The notes below the pieces were generated by a model. The model had not been told where the DNA came from. It made no database searches and saw only the letters and a list, made by a program, of their open reading frames with translations. DNA of 50,257 nucleotides from a virus (lineage: Duplodnaviria > Caudoviricetes), in IMG/VR virus record IMGVR_UViG_3300037470_000506, positions 1 through 50,257 of that record, one strand, 5' to 3'. This document shows positions 1 to 10,000 of this stretch, piece after piece. Numbering within the stretch: the stretch's first letter is position 1; every line of letters starts with the position of its first letter. The position numbers and the translations under genes were made by a program.

Positions 1-25
1 TCCGGCGTATCTGACCCGCGCTGCA
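1..25. repeat. Terminal direct overlap with 50233-50257 (circular assembly)
   Basis: TCCGGCGTATCTGACCCGCGCTGCA occurs at both ends; the RecT frame continues across the junction. Confidence 0.95.
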
Positions 26-1193
26 CGATCACGGCATAGCACTCGCCGCAGGTGACGGCGGTGCCGGTGACGATGTGCTTCGCTGGTGGATGGGCGCATG
101 TCTGACCGATGAGCGGCAGGCTTTCGACCTGGGCCATGAACTGGCCGCGCTGCTTCGGGTCCAGGTCGGCGAGCGACTTGACCCAATGCACGCGCTCGGC
201 CCAGTCGTGGAGCGCGTCGTGGTCGTATCCGCGCTCGGAGCCCACAGCATGGAGGCGGGCCATCCACGGATCGCCACGGCGGGGGGCCGGGGAGCCGCCG
301 GCCGAGGGCGTGGGATCACCCTCGGCCGGCTGGGAGCCTGGCACGGCTGCGCCGTCTAGTTCGGCGCCTTCGGACTCCACCGGATCATTCGGCCCACCCC
401 GGAGGGCAGCCGTGCGTTCAGCGATGCGGTCGCGCAGACCCTCGCGCCTCGGGTCGGCCACGCGCTCGACCGGCGTGTCGTAGTCGATCTCCTCGTCCCG
501 CCCGAGCATCGCCTGGACGGCAGGAGAAAGCGGCAGGCGCTTGGCGATGCGGCGGATGGGGGTCTTCTTCATCATCTCGCCGGGGTGGAGGTTCCAGATC
601 GCCGTGTCGCGCTTGTTGACGGGCGTCTTCTCCAGCGCCTTCTTCTTGATCCTGTCGAGCGCAACTCGGCTCATGACCTCGAAGTCCTCGCGGCCATCGG
701 GGAACTGCACCAGGACGTAGGCGAATGTCACGTTGTCGTCGGACGCTTCCCGCTCTGGATCAGCGAGGTCCGGCGTGTGGTGGAGGTACTTGTCCGTCCC
801 GCGCCGGTAGCTGAACTCATCGCCGATGCGGACCACGTCGACGGTGACGAGGATCCGGTCGGCCCGCCACAACAGGTCCACGAAGCCGCGCCAGCCGGGG
901 ATGAACTTCGCCTCGCCCCTGTACGGGATCAGCCAGCCCTTGCCGAGCACACCGGTCGGCTCGATGCCGACCTCGGCGGCCTCGGTGATGGCGGTGATGA
1001 GGCTGATCGGCGTGCAGTCCCACAGGCCAGGCGTCCGCAGCATCGCCTGGACCACAACCTTGCGGAAGCGATCGATCCGCATGCCATCGGGGAGGATCGC
1101 CTCGATCTCCGGCAGCCGCCGATCGAGCTCGGTGATGATCGGGTGCTGGGCAGGGGCCTCCTGCTCGACGTTGGCGACAGCGGTGCCCGTCAT
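1..1193 (-). CDS. recT: RecT-family ssDNA-annealing recombinase, 5' part; continues across the origin to 49812 (about 537 aa total)
   Basis: Manually translated from ATG 1193 (missed by the ORF track): MTGTAVANVE...LPDGMRIDRFRKVVVQAMLRTPGLWDCTPISL...GIEPTGVLGKGWLIPY...GWRGFVDL...W...EMMKKTPIRRIAKRLPLS; near YqaJ. Confidence 0.9.
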   Translation of the reverse strand, partial: MTGTAVANVEQEAPAQHPIITELDRRLPEIEAILPDGMRIDRFRKVVVQAMLRTPGLWDCTPISLITAITEAAEVGIEPTGVLGKGWLIPYRGEAKFIPGWRGFVDLLWRADRILVTVDVVRIGDEFSYRRGTDKYLHHTPDLADPEREASDDNVTFAYVLVQFPDGREDFEVMSRVALDRIKKKALEKTPVNKRDTAIWNLHPGEMMKKTPIRRIAKRLPLSPAVQAMLGRDEEIDYDTPVERVADPRREGLRDRIAERTAALRGGPNDPVESEGAELDGAAVPGSQPAEGDPTPSAGGSPAPRRGDPWMARLHAVGSERGYDHDALHDWAERVHWVKSLADLDPKQRGQFMAQVESLPLIGQTCAHPPAKHIVTGTAVTCGECYAVIVQRGSDTP

Positions 1194-1510
1194 CAGAAGG
1201 GAATGTCGTCGACGTCGGTTGTGGTCGAGGCCGCCACCGGCTGGCGGTCAGGTGCTGCCTCCGTCGGCTCCTTCGGTGGCTCCGGCACAGGCAGCGGGTG
1301 GACCCGACTGGCCTGATCGACCATGCCGCGCAGCGCTTGGCCGAGTTCATCGAGGGCAACGACCGCAGCGTGCTCGCCGATGAGCGGCAGGACGATCGTC
1401 TGCTCACCGAGCGTCTGGTCGTTGTACCCACCGGGCACCTTGCCCTCATCGGCGTCGACGATCTTGAACTCGGCGCGCACCCAGCGCGTCCGACGTGCTT
1501 CTGTGGTCAT
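1193..1510 (-). CDS. Hypothetical protein with SSB-like acidic C-terminal tail (DVDDIPF)
   Basis: 105-aa ORF coupled between YqaJ and RecT; ends TDVDDIPF. Confidence 0.75.
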   Translation of the reverse strand: MTTEARRTRWVRAEFKIVDADEGKVPGGYNDQTLGEQTIVLPLIGEHAAVVALDELGQALRGMVDQASRVHPLPVPEPPKEPTEAAPDRQPVAASTTTDVDDIPF

Positions 1511-2547
1511 GCGGCTTCGGCTTCTTCCTTTCGGCTAATTCGGAGCGGGCGATCGCCCGGCTTGAGGTCGGTGAACAGGGCGACGATCCCGTCGAGTTCG
1601 GCGACGATGGCCGCGCGCTCGTCATCGAGGATGGGCACGCCCTCGCGCTCAATGACCTGAATGCGCCTCTCCACGATCGTCTTCCGATACGCCGCGGCAA
1701 CCAGTTCCCACCGGATCGGTGTTGAGTCAGCGTTCTGCTTGAACGTCGCGCGGTAGGCGCCCGCGCGCGCAGCGGTGTTCGGCCCGAGCAGCGTCTTGAC
1801 GGCATCGGCCGCCTTCTTCTCGTCGGCCTGAAGCCCCTTGATCTCCTGCCGTGCGTGGTAGACGCCCTCGATGCCCATGGCCAGCGTCTCGTCGGCGGTG
1901 ATCTCGCCCTCGCGGAACGGGATCACCGGGCGCTGCTTGCGGATCAGCTGCTCGGGCGGCGTGCCGGTGCGGATGCACTCCATGAACTCGGCTTCGAGCT
2001 CGATCAGGTCGGCGATCAGCGCCTCGTCGCGGGGGACCTCGTAGTCACGGGGTTCGGAGCCGGCGAAGAGGACTGCGACGTAGCACACGGCGGCCCCGGT
2101 CGCGGCCATCTCGTGTTGCACTTGGACGACGTAGTGCGCCGGGATCTCTGCGGTGCCCGCCGGTCCCCACTCGTCCGTGGGGAAGCGGCGGGTCTTCGTC
2201 TCCAGGAGCGCGTTCTCGCCGATGACCCGGAAGTCGAGGCTGGTCCGCAGCCAGTCGTACTTCGGGTGACGTGGCCGCGTGTTGTCGCGGCGCACGCGCA
2301 CGGTCCGTCCCTGCTTCGCCTGCTTCTCGACCCACCACTCGGCGACAGTCGCTTCGAGCTTCTTGCCCCAGTTCGTCTGCTCGTTCGCGACGTCGGGCTC
2401 GTCGATGATCCCGGACTTCGCGGCGTACAGGGTCAGGAGATCGCCCCAGGGCGCGTCGCCCGTGATGATCGGTGCGTCGCTGGCACCGATCCCGCCGCGG
2501 CGGTCGGCGTGCCACTCGGGGCTCCCGGGGACGAGGGCGCGGGTCAT
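1507..2547 (-). CDS. YqaJ/lambda-exonuclease-like recombination nuclease
   Basis: WHADRRGGIGASD, GKKLE, SLD, LETKT, YVVQVQHEM motifs. Confidence 0.92.
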   Translation of the reverse strand: MTRALVPGSPEWHADRRGGIGASDAPIITGDAPWGDLLTLYAAKSGIIDEPDVANEQTNWGKKLEATVAEWWVEKQAKQGRTVRVRRDNTRPRHPKYDWLRTSLDFRVIGENALLETKTRRFPTDEWGPAGTAEIPAHYVVQVQHEMAATGAAVCYVAVLFAGSEPRDYEVPRDEALIADLIELEAEFMECIRTGTPPEQLIRKQRPVIPFREGEITADETLAMGIEGVYHARQEIKGLQADEKKAADAVKTLLGPNTAARAGAYRATFKQNADSTPIRWELVAAAYRKTIVERRIQVIEREGVPILDDERAAIVAELDGIVALFTDLKPGDRPLRISRKEEAEAA

Positions 2548-2741
2548 ATCTCGCTTCGCTCGTTCAGGCGGGCGGCATCACGGCAGGCACGCTGGACGTC
2601 GCTGTACGGCTGGCCGAAGGGCTCGACGGTGATTCCGCCGTTTCGGGCCCAGGCAAGCGTCCACATGTTCCCGACGGTGGTGACCTTCACGCGGGCCGGC
2701 CCATCGGCATCCGTGGGCACCGGGAGGGTGTCGAGGTTCAT
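2544..2741 (-). CDS. Hypothetical protein
   Basis: ORF with ATGA overlaps in the early operon. Confidence 0.6.
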   Translation of the reverse strand: MNLDTLPVPTDADGPARVKVTTVGNMWTLAWARNGGITVEPFGQPYSDVQRACRDAARLNERSEI

Positions 2742-2832
2742 CGGAACGCCGCCACGATCGCGCTAACGGCCAGCGCCAGATGGACGGTGCCCAGCATCAC
2801 CGCCGCCACGCGACCCAGCAGGCCCATGAGGC

Positions 2833-3153
2833 TCATCGGTCGCCGCTCAATCGTCGGAGGGTCAGCTCGTCGGCATCGGGATAGCGTTCGCGCCACGCTG
2901 CCTCGCCCGCGAGTTCGGCGCTCACGGTGGCCTGCTCCTGCTTCTCGATGGCCACGGCCTCTTGGATCACATGTACAACGTCCAAGAGCGTCGCCCTGCG
3001 CTCGCGCAGTCGAGAGCCCATGGCCTGCGCGGTCTCGCCGTCGGCAAGGTCCTCCTCCACGAGCGCGAGGCGTGCGTCAAGCCAGTCCTGCAGGGACGTG
3101 AACGAATCCACCGCGGGTACGGGGGCGGCGTGGATGTGGACGGTCATCGTCAT
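2833..3153 (-). CDS. Hypothetical protein (helical/coiled-coil)
   Basis: Coupled ORF with phage-like codon usage. Confidence 0.65.
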   Translation of the reverse strand: MTMTVHIHAAPVPAVDSFTSLQDWLDARLALVEEDLADGETAQAMGSRLRERRATLLDVVHVIQEAVAIEKQEQATVSAELAGEAAWRERYPDADELTLRRLSGDR

Positions 3154-3419
3154 CAGCGCGCTCTCTCGCGCCGGTCAGGGCCGCCCACCTTTGGCACGGC
3201 GCCGCGCAGGAACGGGTCGGCGTAGACCTGCGGGTTGACGACCTCAAGCGTCTGTTCGTCGATCCAGATGCCGTCGAGCTTGTCGCCATCGTCCTTGACC
3301 TTCTCGGGCTTCACCAGGAACTGGCGGCAGCCGTTGATGTACTCGGTTCGCCCTGTGGTGATGCCGCTGAATCCGCTGATGCGGTCCTTGACACGGTCGC
3401 CGATTTGCATTTTGGTCAA
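3153..3419 (-). CDS. Small phage protein, SH3-like beta barrel
   Basis: IGDRVKDRISGFSGITTGRTEYINGC motif; GAGGAG RBS upstream. Confidence 0.7.
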   Translation of the reverse strand: MTKMQIGDRVKDRISGFSGITTGRTEYINGCRQFLVKPEKVKDDGDKLDGIWIDEQTLEVVNPQVYADPFLRGAVPKVGGPDRRERAR

Positions 3420-3455
3420 CTCCTCAATTGTTCAGGGGGTGGTGGATGTGGACGG

Positions 3456-3767
3456 TCACCGCGTCACCGCCCGCGCCGAGTAGTCGATGCGTCGTTCCGG
3501 CCGAAACACAACCGAGTGGCCGGTCCCGGTCCATGTGACCTGCTCCAGCGCCTCAGCCAGCCCGATCCCGCCGCAGCGGCGGTCGAGGCACGACAAGCAG
3601 ACGACGCTCAGGCGGGCAGGCTCATCGGGCACCCATCGCCGCCAGAACTGCTCGGTGACGTGGTAGTCGAATCGCGGGACCTCGCCACAGTCCGAGCAGG
3701 CGAGCGTCAGGCCGTCCGAGACGGACTCGGGCCATCGGTCCATCGGGGTGACGTGCTGGACGGTCAT
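3456..3767 (-). CDS. Hypothetical Zn-finger protein
   Basis: CSDC...W...CLSC pairs. Confidence 0.65.
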   Translation of the reverse strand: MTVQHVTPMDRWPESVSDGLTLACSDCGEVPRFDYHVTEQFWRRWVPDEPARLSVVCLSCLDRRCGGIGLAEALEQVTWTGTGHSVVFRPERRIDYSARAVTR

Positions 3768-3961
3768 CGGTCGATCTCCGGCAGGCGCCCACCCGGTGCG
3801 TTATAGCGGGCGTCCAGCTCGCCCCATACCTCGGGGAAGACGGCACGCAACTTCTCCGCGTTCGGCGTGTCTGCCTGCCGCATCGCCGCCATGATCAGGG
3901 CGTAGAACGGTGGCCGATCCTGCGCGAGGCGGACGCTTTCGAGGTATTCGTGCAGGCTCAC
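3764..3961 (-). CDS. Hypothetical phage protein
   Basis: GTG start overlapping the upstream stop; FYALIMAAMRQAD...RYNAPGG. Confidence 0.65.
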   Translation of the reverse strand: MSLHEYLESVRLAQDRPPFYALIMAAMRQADTPNAEKLRAVFPEVWGELDARYNAPGGRLPEIDR

Positions 3962-4212
3962 GACGCAGCCGTCCCGATGACGATGAGCGCCACGATTAGG
4001 CCGTAGACCATCGCCATCCCGACCACGAACTTGATGGCGTGCGTCCAGTGGAAGGTGTATGGCTCCCACTCGTAGGGCGGGGTGATCTCGTCGGCCAGCG
4101 AGTGCGGCCGGATGCTGACGTGGTTGGCATCACGGAGCCCGAAGCGGATGGGGCTCACGCCATCCTCGCCGCCGAGCAGGGCGTCCAGCTCGCGGTTGGC
4201 CTCGTGCGTCAT
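3958..4212 (-). CDS. Hypothetical membrane protein
   Basis: C-terminal hydrophobic helix. Confidence 0.6.
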   Translation of the reverse strand: MTHEANRELDALLGGEDGVSPIRFGLRDANHVSIRPHSLADEITPPYEWEPYTFHWTHAIKFVVGMAMVYGLIVALIVIGTAAS

Positions 4213-4770
4213 GGCTTGTCAGCCTTCGGGCGCTGGCCGCACGACTGGCACAAGACGACGACTTCGCCGCGACGGAGCGCCTGCGAGGCGAGTCCACCGT
4301 GGCGTCCGGGGCGACAGGTCACGCGGGCACCGCCGCGAGGTCGCCCTCTTCGGGCGCGGGCTGCTCCGGCTCCCAGCGCTCGATCTCGTCGGCGGCTGCG
4401 CGCAGCGCGTTAGCGAACGCCCGCCGGTCGTCCGCGTCGCCGGTGAGCGTGAGCGTCAGCGAGGTCTCATCGACCGGCGCGTTGCCGTCAGGGGTGATCG
4501 ACAGCGAGAGGTAGAGGTACGTCGTGGGCCTGACCCTGACGGCGGGGCGGGCGGCCAGGATGTGGATGCTGGAATAAACGGTCGCGCTCACCGCGCCAAC
4601 TCCTTGACCGCCACCAGCCACGGGTACGCCTTGCCCTCGTCGAGCGAACGGCGCAGCCACATCGGGCGCCGGATGGCCTTGATCTTGTCGGTGAGCGATG
4701 TCATCGGGTGTAGACTCCAATCGTGGCCGTCGGTCCGAGGGTTCAGCGCCCTGTGAGGACCGGCGGTTCT

Positions 4771-5052
4771 CTATGCCCCTTCGGGCTTGTCGTACCTGCC
4801 GCTGCTGGCCTGTAGGCCGCGACGCAGCGCCTTCAGTCGGTCGTGGGTGTCATGGGCGGCGACGATCGCCTGCTCGACCGCCGCGTCGCGGCTCACGCGC
4901 TGGAGCAGTTGGATGGCGGCGCCGTTGGCGTACATCGCCTCAGCGGCCAGTGAGTCGGCATCCATGAAGGCACCGACCAGCGACGCGCGCGGCACGATGA
5001 TCTGCACCGGACGGCGCTTGGCGTTGATGCGGACGGGTGCGGCGGCGGTCAC
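4771..5052 (-). CDS. Hypothetical protein
   Basis: Coupled to the Cro-like gene. Confidence 0.6.
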   Translation of the reverse strand: MTAAAPVRINAKRRPVQIIVPRASLVGAFMDADSLAAEAMYANGAAIQLLQRVSRDAAVEQAIVAAHDTHDRLKALRRGLQASSGRYDKPEGA

Positions 5053-5264
5053 GACACGGCCTCAATCCGTGACTCCGGGAACAGGACCGCGATCGGTACG
5101 CCGAGCGCCTCGGCGGCCTTCGCCTTGAAGTCCTCGGACGCGCGGCGTTCCCCGCTCAGGATGCGGGCGACCAGCGACGGATCGACCTTCGCCTTGCGTG
5201 CGAGCCAGGCGGCGGATCGTTCCTGCTGTTCGAGGGTGGCCCTGAGTTCCGCTGTCACATTCAC
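5049..5264 (-). CDS. Cro-like XRE HTH regulator
   Basis: AWLARKAKVDPSLVARILSGERR...AEALGV; divergent from the repressor. Confidence 0.85.
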   Translation of the reverse strand: MNVTAELRATLEQQERSAAWLARKAKVDPSLVARILSGERRASEDFKAKAAEALGVPIAVLFPESRIEAVS

Positions 5265-5271
5265 TCCTGGA

Positions 5272-5346
5272 TGTCGGATTATTCCGACACATGCTGGAGC
5301 GAACGGTACTCCCGCTACCGATGCCTGTCAATACCCTCGTGACAGG
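5272..5346. promoter_or_regulatory. Lysis/lysogeny switch: leftward sigma70-type promoter and two operator-like inverted repeats
   Basis: Minus strand TTGACA(5331-5326)-N17-TACCGT(5308-5303); inverted repeats TGTCGGA-TTAT-TCCGACA (5272-5289) and CCTGTCA-N9-TGACAGG (5324-5346). Confidence 0.7.
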
Positions 5347-5347
5347 T

Positions 5348-5731
5348 ATGACCAGTGACGCTCAGAAGCGGGGCAAGCGCCTCCGGCAGTTCATCCTCGA
5401 CCGGTGGGCCGGGACGCGCGGCATCTCCGGCGTGGCGGACAAATCCGGCATCAACCGCGACACGCTGTATGCGTGGTTCGCTGGGCAGGGTGAGCCTTCA
5501 CTCGACCGGCTGGAGCCGCTGGCGCAGGCTCTCGGAGTGACTCGTGCGGAGATCGTCGCCGCTATCGACGGCCAGCTTCCTCCGCCGAACTGGCGTGCGG
5601 ATCTGGATGGCGCGATGCGCGAGTTCCTGGCATCGGCACAAGCGGCAGGCGTGATCGAAGTGCGCGCCACCCCGCAGCCATCACGGCGGACCGCAGCGTC
5701 TGGTCCGGAACGACGACGGGCTGTTGGATGA
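5348..5731 (+). CDS. CI-like XRE HTH repressor
   Basis: GVADKSGINRDTLYAWFAGQGEPSLDRLEPLAQALGV; no peptidase domain seen; start at 5348 chosen by inference. Confidence 0.8.
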   Translation: MTSDAQKRGKRLRQFILDRWAGTRGISGVADKSGINRDTLYAWFAGQGEPSLDRLEPLAQALGVTRAEIVAAIDGQLPPPNWRADLDGAMREFLASAQAAGVIEVRATPQPSRRTAASGPERRRAVG

Positions 5732-5970
5732 GGGTCGCAGGATCGGTGACGATGGGGGCAGCCATAAGCTCTCTCCGTGATGAGTACCGAGCGCGGCCGC
5801 GACCCGAGGATTAGGACGGATGATCGTGACAGCAGCGAGTCGCGTCCCCCTGGCGACGCAAGTATTACGCAGGCCCGGTACTAGGACCCGGAGTTATCCA
5901 CGGCACTCTCGGACGGGTGCATGAAGTGGGGGGACGCGGTAGGTTCCGCGAGGAACGAGGGAAGAGAACC

Positions 5971-6372
5971 ATGGCCGACGAGACGAAGTCCACCGCAGGC
6001 GACACGCTTCGCGGCTTCGCAATTCTTGCGGTCCTGCTGCTGGTCGGCTGGTGGTTCCTGTTCGGCCAAGGTGACGACGGAGCCGACCAGGCTGAGGAAC
6101 CGGCTCGCCCTCGGATGACAGGTGCATTCGTCCGCTGGGAGCCGGTGGACGATGCTCGTGGCTATGCCTACTTCACCATCACCAACCGGAGCAGCACGAC
6201 CGATGGCTCGGCAGAGTGCACCATCACGGTGTCCAACGACTTCGGCAACTTCGGAGTGGACATCCTGACCGGCGAGCCCGTACCTGCCGGCGAGATGATC
6301 TCCAGGCGCATCGCTATGGACGTTGACGAAGGGTCGTTCCTCATCAACCAAGGTGAAGTCACGGACTGCTGA
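5971..6372 (+). CDS. Membrane-anchored extracytoplasmic protein (lysogen-expressed candidate)
   Basis: N-terminal TM helix followed by a beta-rich domain with two Cys. Confidence 0.7.
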   Translation: MADETKSTAGDTLRGFAILAVLLLVGWWFLFGQGDDGADQAEEPARPRMTGAFVRWEPVDDARGYAYFTITNRSSTTDGSAECTITVSNDFGNFGVDILTGEPVPAGEMISRRIAMDVDEGSFLINQGEVTDC

Positions 6373-6557
6373 TGGACCGCGCGCTGGGACTGAGGCTTAT
6401 CGGCGGCCTGTTGCTCATGGCGGCGGGGCTGTATCTGTTCGGCCTCGTCTTCGCCCGCACGTGGGCCGATGGCTTCACGCCGACGCTGATCTCGGCGGTA
6501 CTCCTGTACGTCGGCGGGCGGGTGCTACGGTCTACGTCCCGAGGAAGGTCACACTGA
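6372..6557 (+). CDS. Small two-TM membrane protein
   Basis: Two hydrophobic helices; coupled to the upstream gene. Confidence 0.65.
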   Translation: MDRALGLRLIGGLLLMAAGLYLFGLVFARTWADGFTPTLISAVLLYVGGRVLRSTSRGRSH

Positions 6558-7050
6558 GTCGGAGCGGAACGGTCGCGCCCGACAGCGCCAGGTTGCCGCC
6601 ATTCGTTTGGAGGGCAAAGAGCTCAACGTAGTCGGCCTCCGCAAGAGCGCGGACGACAGAGATATTCAGGTACTGCCCCACGCCGCTGATGACTGGCACG
6701 TTCATGCGGCCAGGGATGATGCTCCCGCTTACCGTGAATCCAAGTCGTCGATAGCCGGCCGTCCCCGCCGCGAACAGGACGGCGGCGCTGATGAGGTACT
6801 TTCCGGCCTTGCCAGCAGGAATGATGATCCGCTCGGGATTAGCTCCGGCCGGATCATGGAATGCGTCGGTGTCCAGCTCGTCAGTGCCGTTGAAGATGAC
6901 GGCCGTATCCGCGCCATTCGTGAGTGTCTGATCCGTCGTCCGGGTAGCGATGCAGCCAACAAATGCAGCCGCCGCACCCCCGACGCCGGTTAGCCCGGTG
7001 TGGTCGAGGGCATCGTGCGCGGCTTCGTCCAGAAGGTTCGTGGCGACCAT
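6532..7050 (-). CDS. Tail fibre/receptor-binding protein, C1q/TNF-like domain
   Basis: IIIPAGKAGKYLISAAVLF...LAEADYVELFALQ pattern; last gene of the tail module. Confidence 0.7.
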   Translation of the reverse strand: MVATNLLDEAAHDALDHTGLTGVGGAAAAFVGCIATRTTDQTLTNGADTAVIFNGTDELDTDAFHDPAGANPERIIIPAGKAGKYLISAAVLFAAGTAGYRRLGFTVSGSIIPGRMNVPVISGVGQYLNISVVRALAEADYVELFALQTNGGNLALSGATVPLRLSVTFLGT

Positions 7051-7062
7051 GTACGGGTCCTC

Positions 7063-10000
7063 CTATTCGTAGCGCACGAGCCGGTACTGGCCCGTGGCGG
7101 GGTTATAGACAAGCGCCGCCTCATCGCCCGAGGCGACGTTGGCTGGATCGAAGTAAGGCGCGCCGCCCGACGTGATCCCCCACTTCGAGGTCACGGTCAC
7201 ATCGACCCCATCGCCGGTATCGTCGTAGGTCGCGGTACCCGGATCGACGGTGAACGTGTCGTCCAGTTCGGCGTGGGCGAGCGCATCGTGGCGGTTCTCG
7301 TTGAGGTACTGGGTGTGGTCGTCGTCGGCCAGCCCGGTCAGCGCGCCGTGGTCGGTGACGCCGGCGGCGCCCTCGGTGATGTTGGTCGAGGTGGTGGCGG
7401 TGTAGAGGTCGTCGAAGCCGTCGAGCACGTTCCCCGACAGGCCCACGTTGTCGACGTTGGTGAGCCGGATCGCGGAGCGGGGGGTGCCGTTGGTGTGGAG
7501 CACGTTGTTGGCAATGACGATCTCGGACAGGGCACCGGCGTTGGCTCCGACGATGGAGATGGCCTTGCCGGTGTTGTTGTTCCACATGCCGAACTGGTTG
7601 CCCGTGAAGATCAAATGCTTCCAGGTCGCTCCAGCCGACTGGCTGATGTCGATGCAGTCGCCCGACACGGCTTCGATGGAGCTGTCGGCAAACACCAGGA
7701 TGACCGTATCGCCGGATGAGATCGCCACCTCAAGGCCGTTGGTGAAGTTGCCCGCGTGGCCGTTGATCTTGGTATTGGTGATCTTTCCGCCACCGGACGA
7801 GTCGAGCCGGATCGCGGCGTCCGGCGAATTGACGCTTGCCACGAAGATGCTGTTGGCGATGTGCCAGTCGCCCTCGTCCGGATCACCGGCGTTCGAGATG
7901 TGGACGCAATACTTCCGCATCCCGTTCATGGACAGCCCGTCCATGACGAAGGCGGCTCCGTCCTCGCTGCGAATGCCCGTCCAGAAGCTCTCGATCCGCA
8001 GGTTCTGATAGCGCGCCATGTTGCCCGTGCCGATGGTCCGAATCCCAGCGCCAGCCGTCGGCGTGGCTGCCGAGTTCACCAGCCGCATATCTCGGAACCC
8101 CGGCGCGAAGGTGGAGCAGTTCGAGGTGAACAGGTTGGCCGTGCCCGAGGAGCATGTGATGAGCGTGGCGCCCATGCCGTCGCCCATGACGATGCCGGGC
8201 ACGGTGATGGCATCGAATCCCCCCGAGGCCAGATAGCCAACCCCTCTACCGGGGAAGTACAGCCGACCACCACCACCTGCATTCATCGCAGCGATGGCAA
8301 GATTGCCCGACGCCAACATGTCGGTAGCGTTGTCTTCGATCGCGCCGTAGGTCTGGACGTTGAACCACGGCAAGCCGGGCTGCTCATAGAAGGCGTCGAT
8401 CGCCGCCTGGACATTGCCGTAGCGGCGCTCGTCGATCTCGCTGGCCGAGTGGCCGTGGTCGCAGCGATCGGCGTACACCGAGTGCCCGTTGCGCGGGTTC
8501 GTCCAGAGCTCGAAGGTGCTCGCGTCGAACTCGCTGGTAGTAAGCACGCCGCCAGCCGTCGCACGGACCAGCCAGTATCGATAGCTGGCGGCGTCGAAGT
8601 CGCGCAGCCCGGTGTCCGAGTTGCCATCCGGCGCCGACGTCAGCCCACTCCACGACACGACGGCGGTCCAGCCGTTGGCGGTGGGGTCGGCAGCAATCTT
8701 CCCGCTCGGCAGCCAGGACCAGGCGCCAGCGTCGTTGGAGCCGTAGACGGTGCCGGCCGACGCCAGATCGGGTTCACCGGCGGCAGACAGGAAGTAGCGG
8801 AATGCCTCCGCCTCCTGCGCCGCGCCGACGTCCGCGGCCCACCAGTGATCGACGGTCGGACCCTCGTTTGACGCCGGCGACCAGCGCGTGGCTGGATCGC
8901 CGTCCACCGCATCGTGCCTGAGCGTACCGTCGACGGTGTTCTCGGACGACGCCTTGAGCGAGGCATCGGTGAGACCGAGGAGGATGTCGACTGCGCGCGG
9001 GCACAGCCTCGGGTTCGGTGGGTGGGTGTGGTGCGGCACCGGCTGCGCCGAGGCGTCCTGCTGGCCGGCCTCGCGGAACGTGGCGCCGAGATCGACCCAC
9101 GCATCCCCGATGCCAGTGCGCCGGACCTTCAGCGTGATCGAGGCGACGGGGAACTCCGCCTCGTTCCAGTCCCACTCGGTTGCCCCCGAATGCGCGGTGA
9201 CCAGGTAGTTGGGCAGGACATCGTCGAACGGCAGGTACTGCCCGGTGGCCGGAGAGCTGGCCTGGCACTTGAACCGGATGCGCGCCGTGTCGCCGGCATC
9301 GTCACGCGCCTGGAGCTGAATCGCGCCCAGCGACGGGAAGGCGTTGCCCTCCTCGTCATCGACCTGGAACGATCCCTCCCACGTCACGTCCGGCAGCGGC
9401 GATGCGGCCACCCACTCCCAGTTGTCATCCTTGCCGACCAGCAGGTGCGAGCGGCGCTTATAGACCTCCACGCCGCGCTTCGCGTCATCGAGAATGTTGC
9501 CGTTGGCTCGGTTGCCATCGGGCGACTTCATGAAGCGAATGACGCCCGCGCCCCACGCGCTGCCCGTGAAGTCGTGGGCCGTGCGATAGGCGGCGGTCGG
9601 CCAGGCGGAGACGACGAAGGTGTCGGGATCCACCCGCACGTAGAGCCCGTGCTCGCGCAGTCGTGCGATGAGCTCGGTGATCGGGCGCCCGCTGGGGAAG
9701 GTGAACAGCCACGTCGCACCGTGGCCGGCCCACGCATTGCCATCGGAATCCACGAGCTGCGTGAAGTCCACCGTGACGCCGGGGATCGGCGACTGCGGAC
9801 GTGAGGCTTCGTTCGCCTCTTGAATGGCGCGGTGCAGTATCTCGCCGGGGTCGCTGAAGTACCAGTGCCACTCACCATCGAACGGACCCTCGGCCCCGCT
9901 GACGTAGGTGACGTTCGCCATCACGACGCGCTCGAGGATGGCCTCCGGACCCGCGCCCCCGAACGTCAGCTTGCGCGTCGACCGCTCGCTGAGCGCCTCG

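Noticed and set aside
1-25. Biological terminal repeat of the virion DNA
   Set aside because: It falls in the middle of recT, far from the packaging genes; best explained as assembler overlap
5894-5902. DnaA-box-like TTATCCACG
   Set aside because: Single 8/9 match with no cluster or unwinding element
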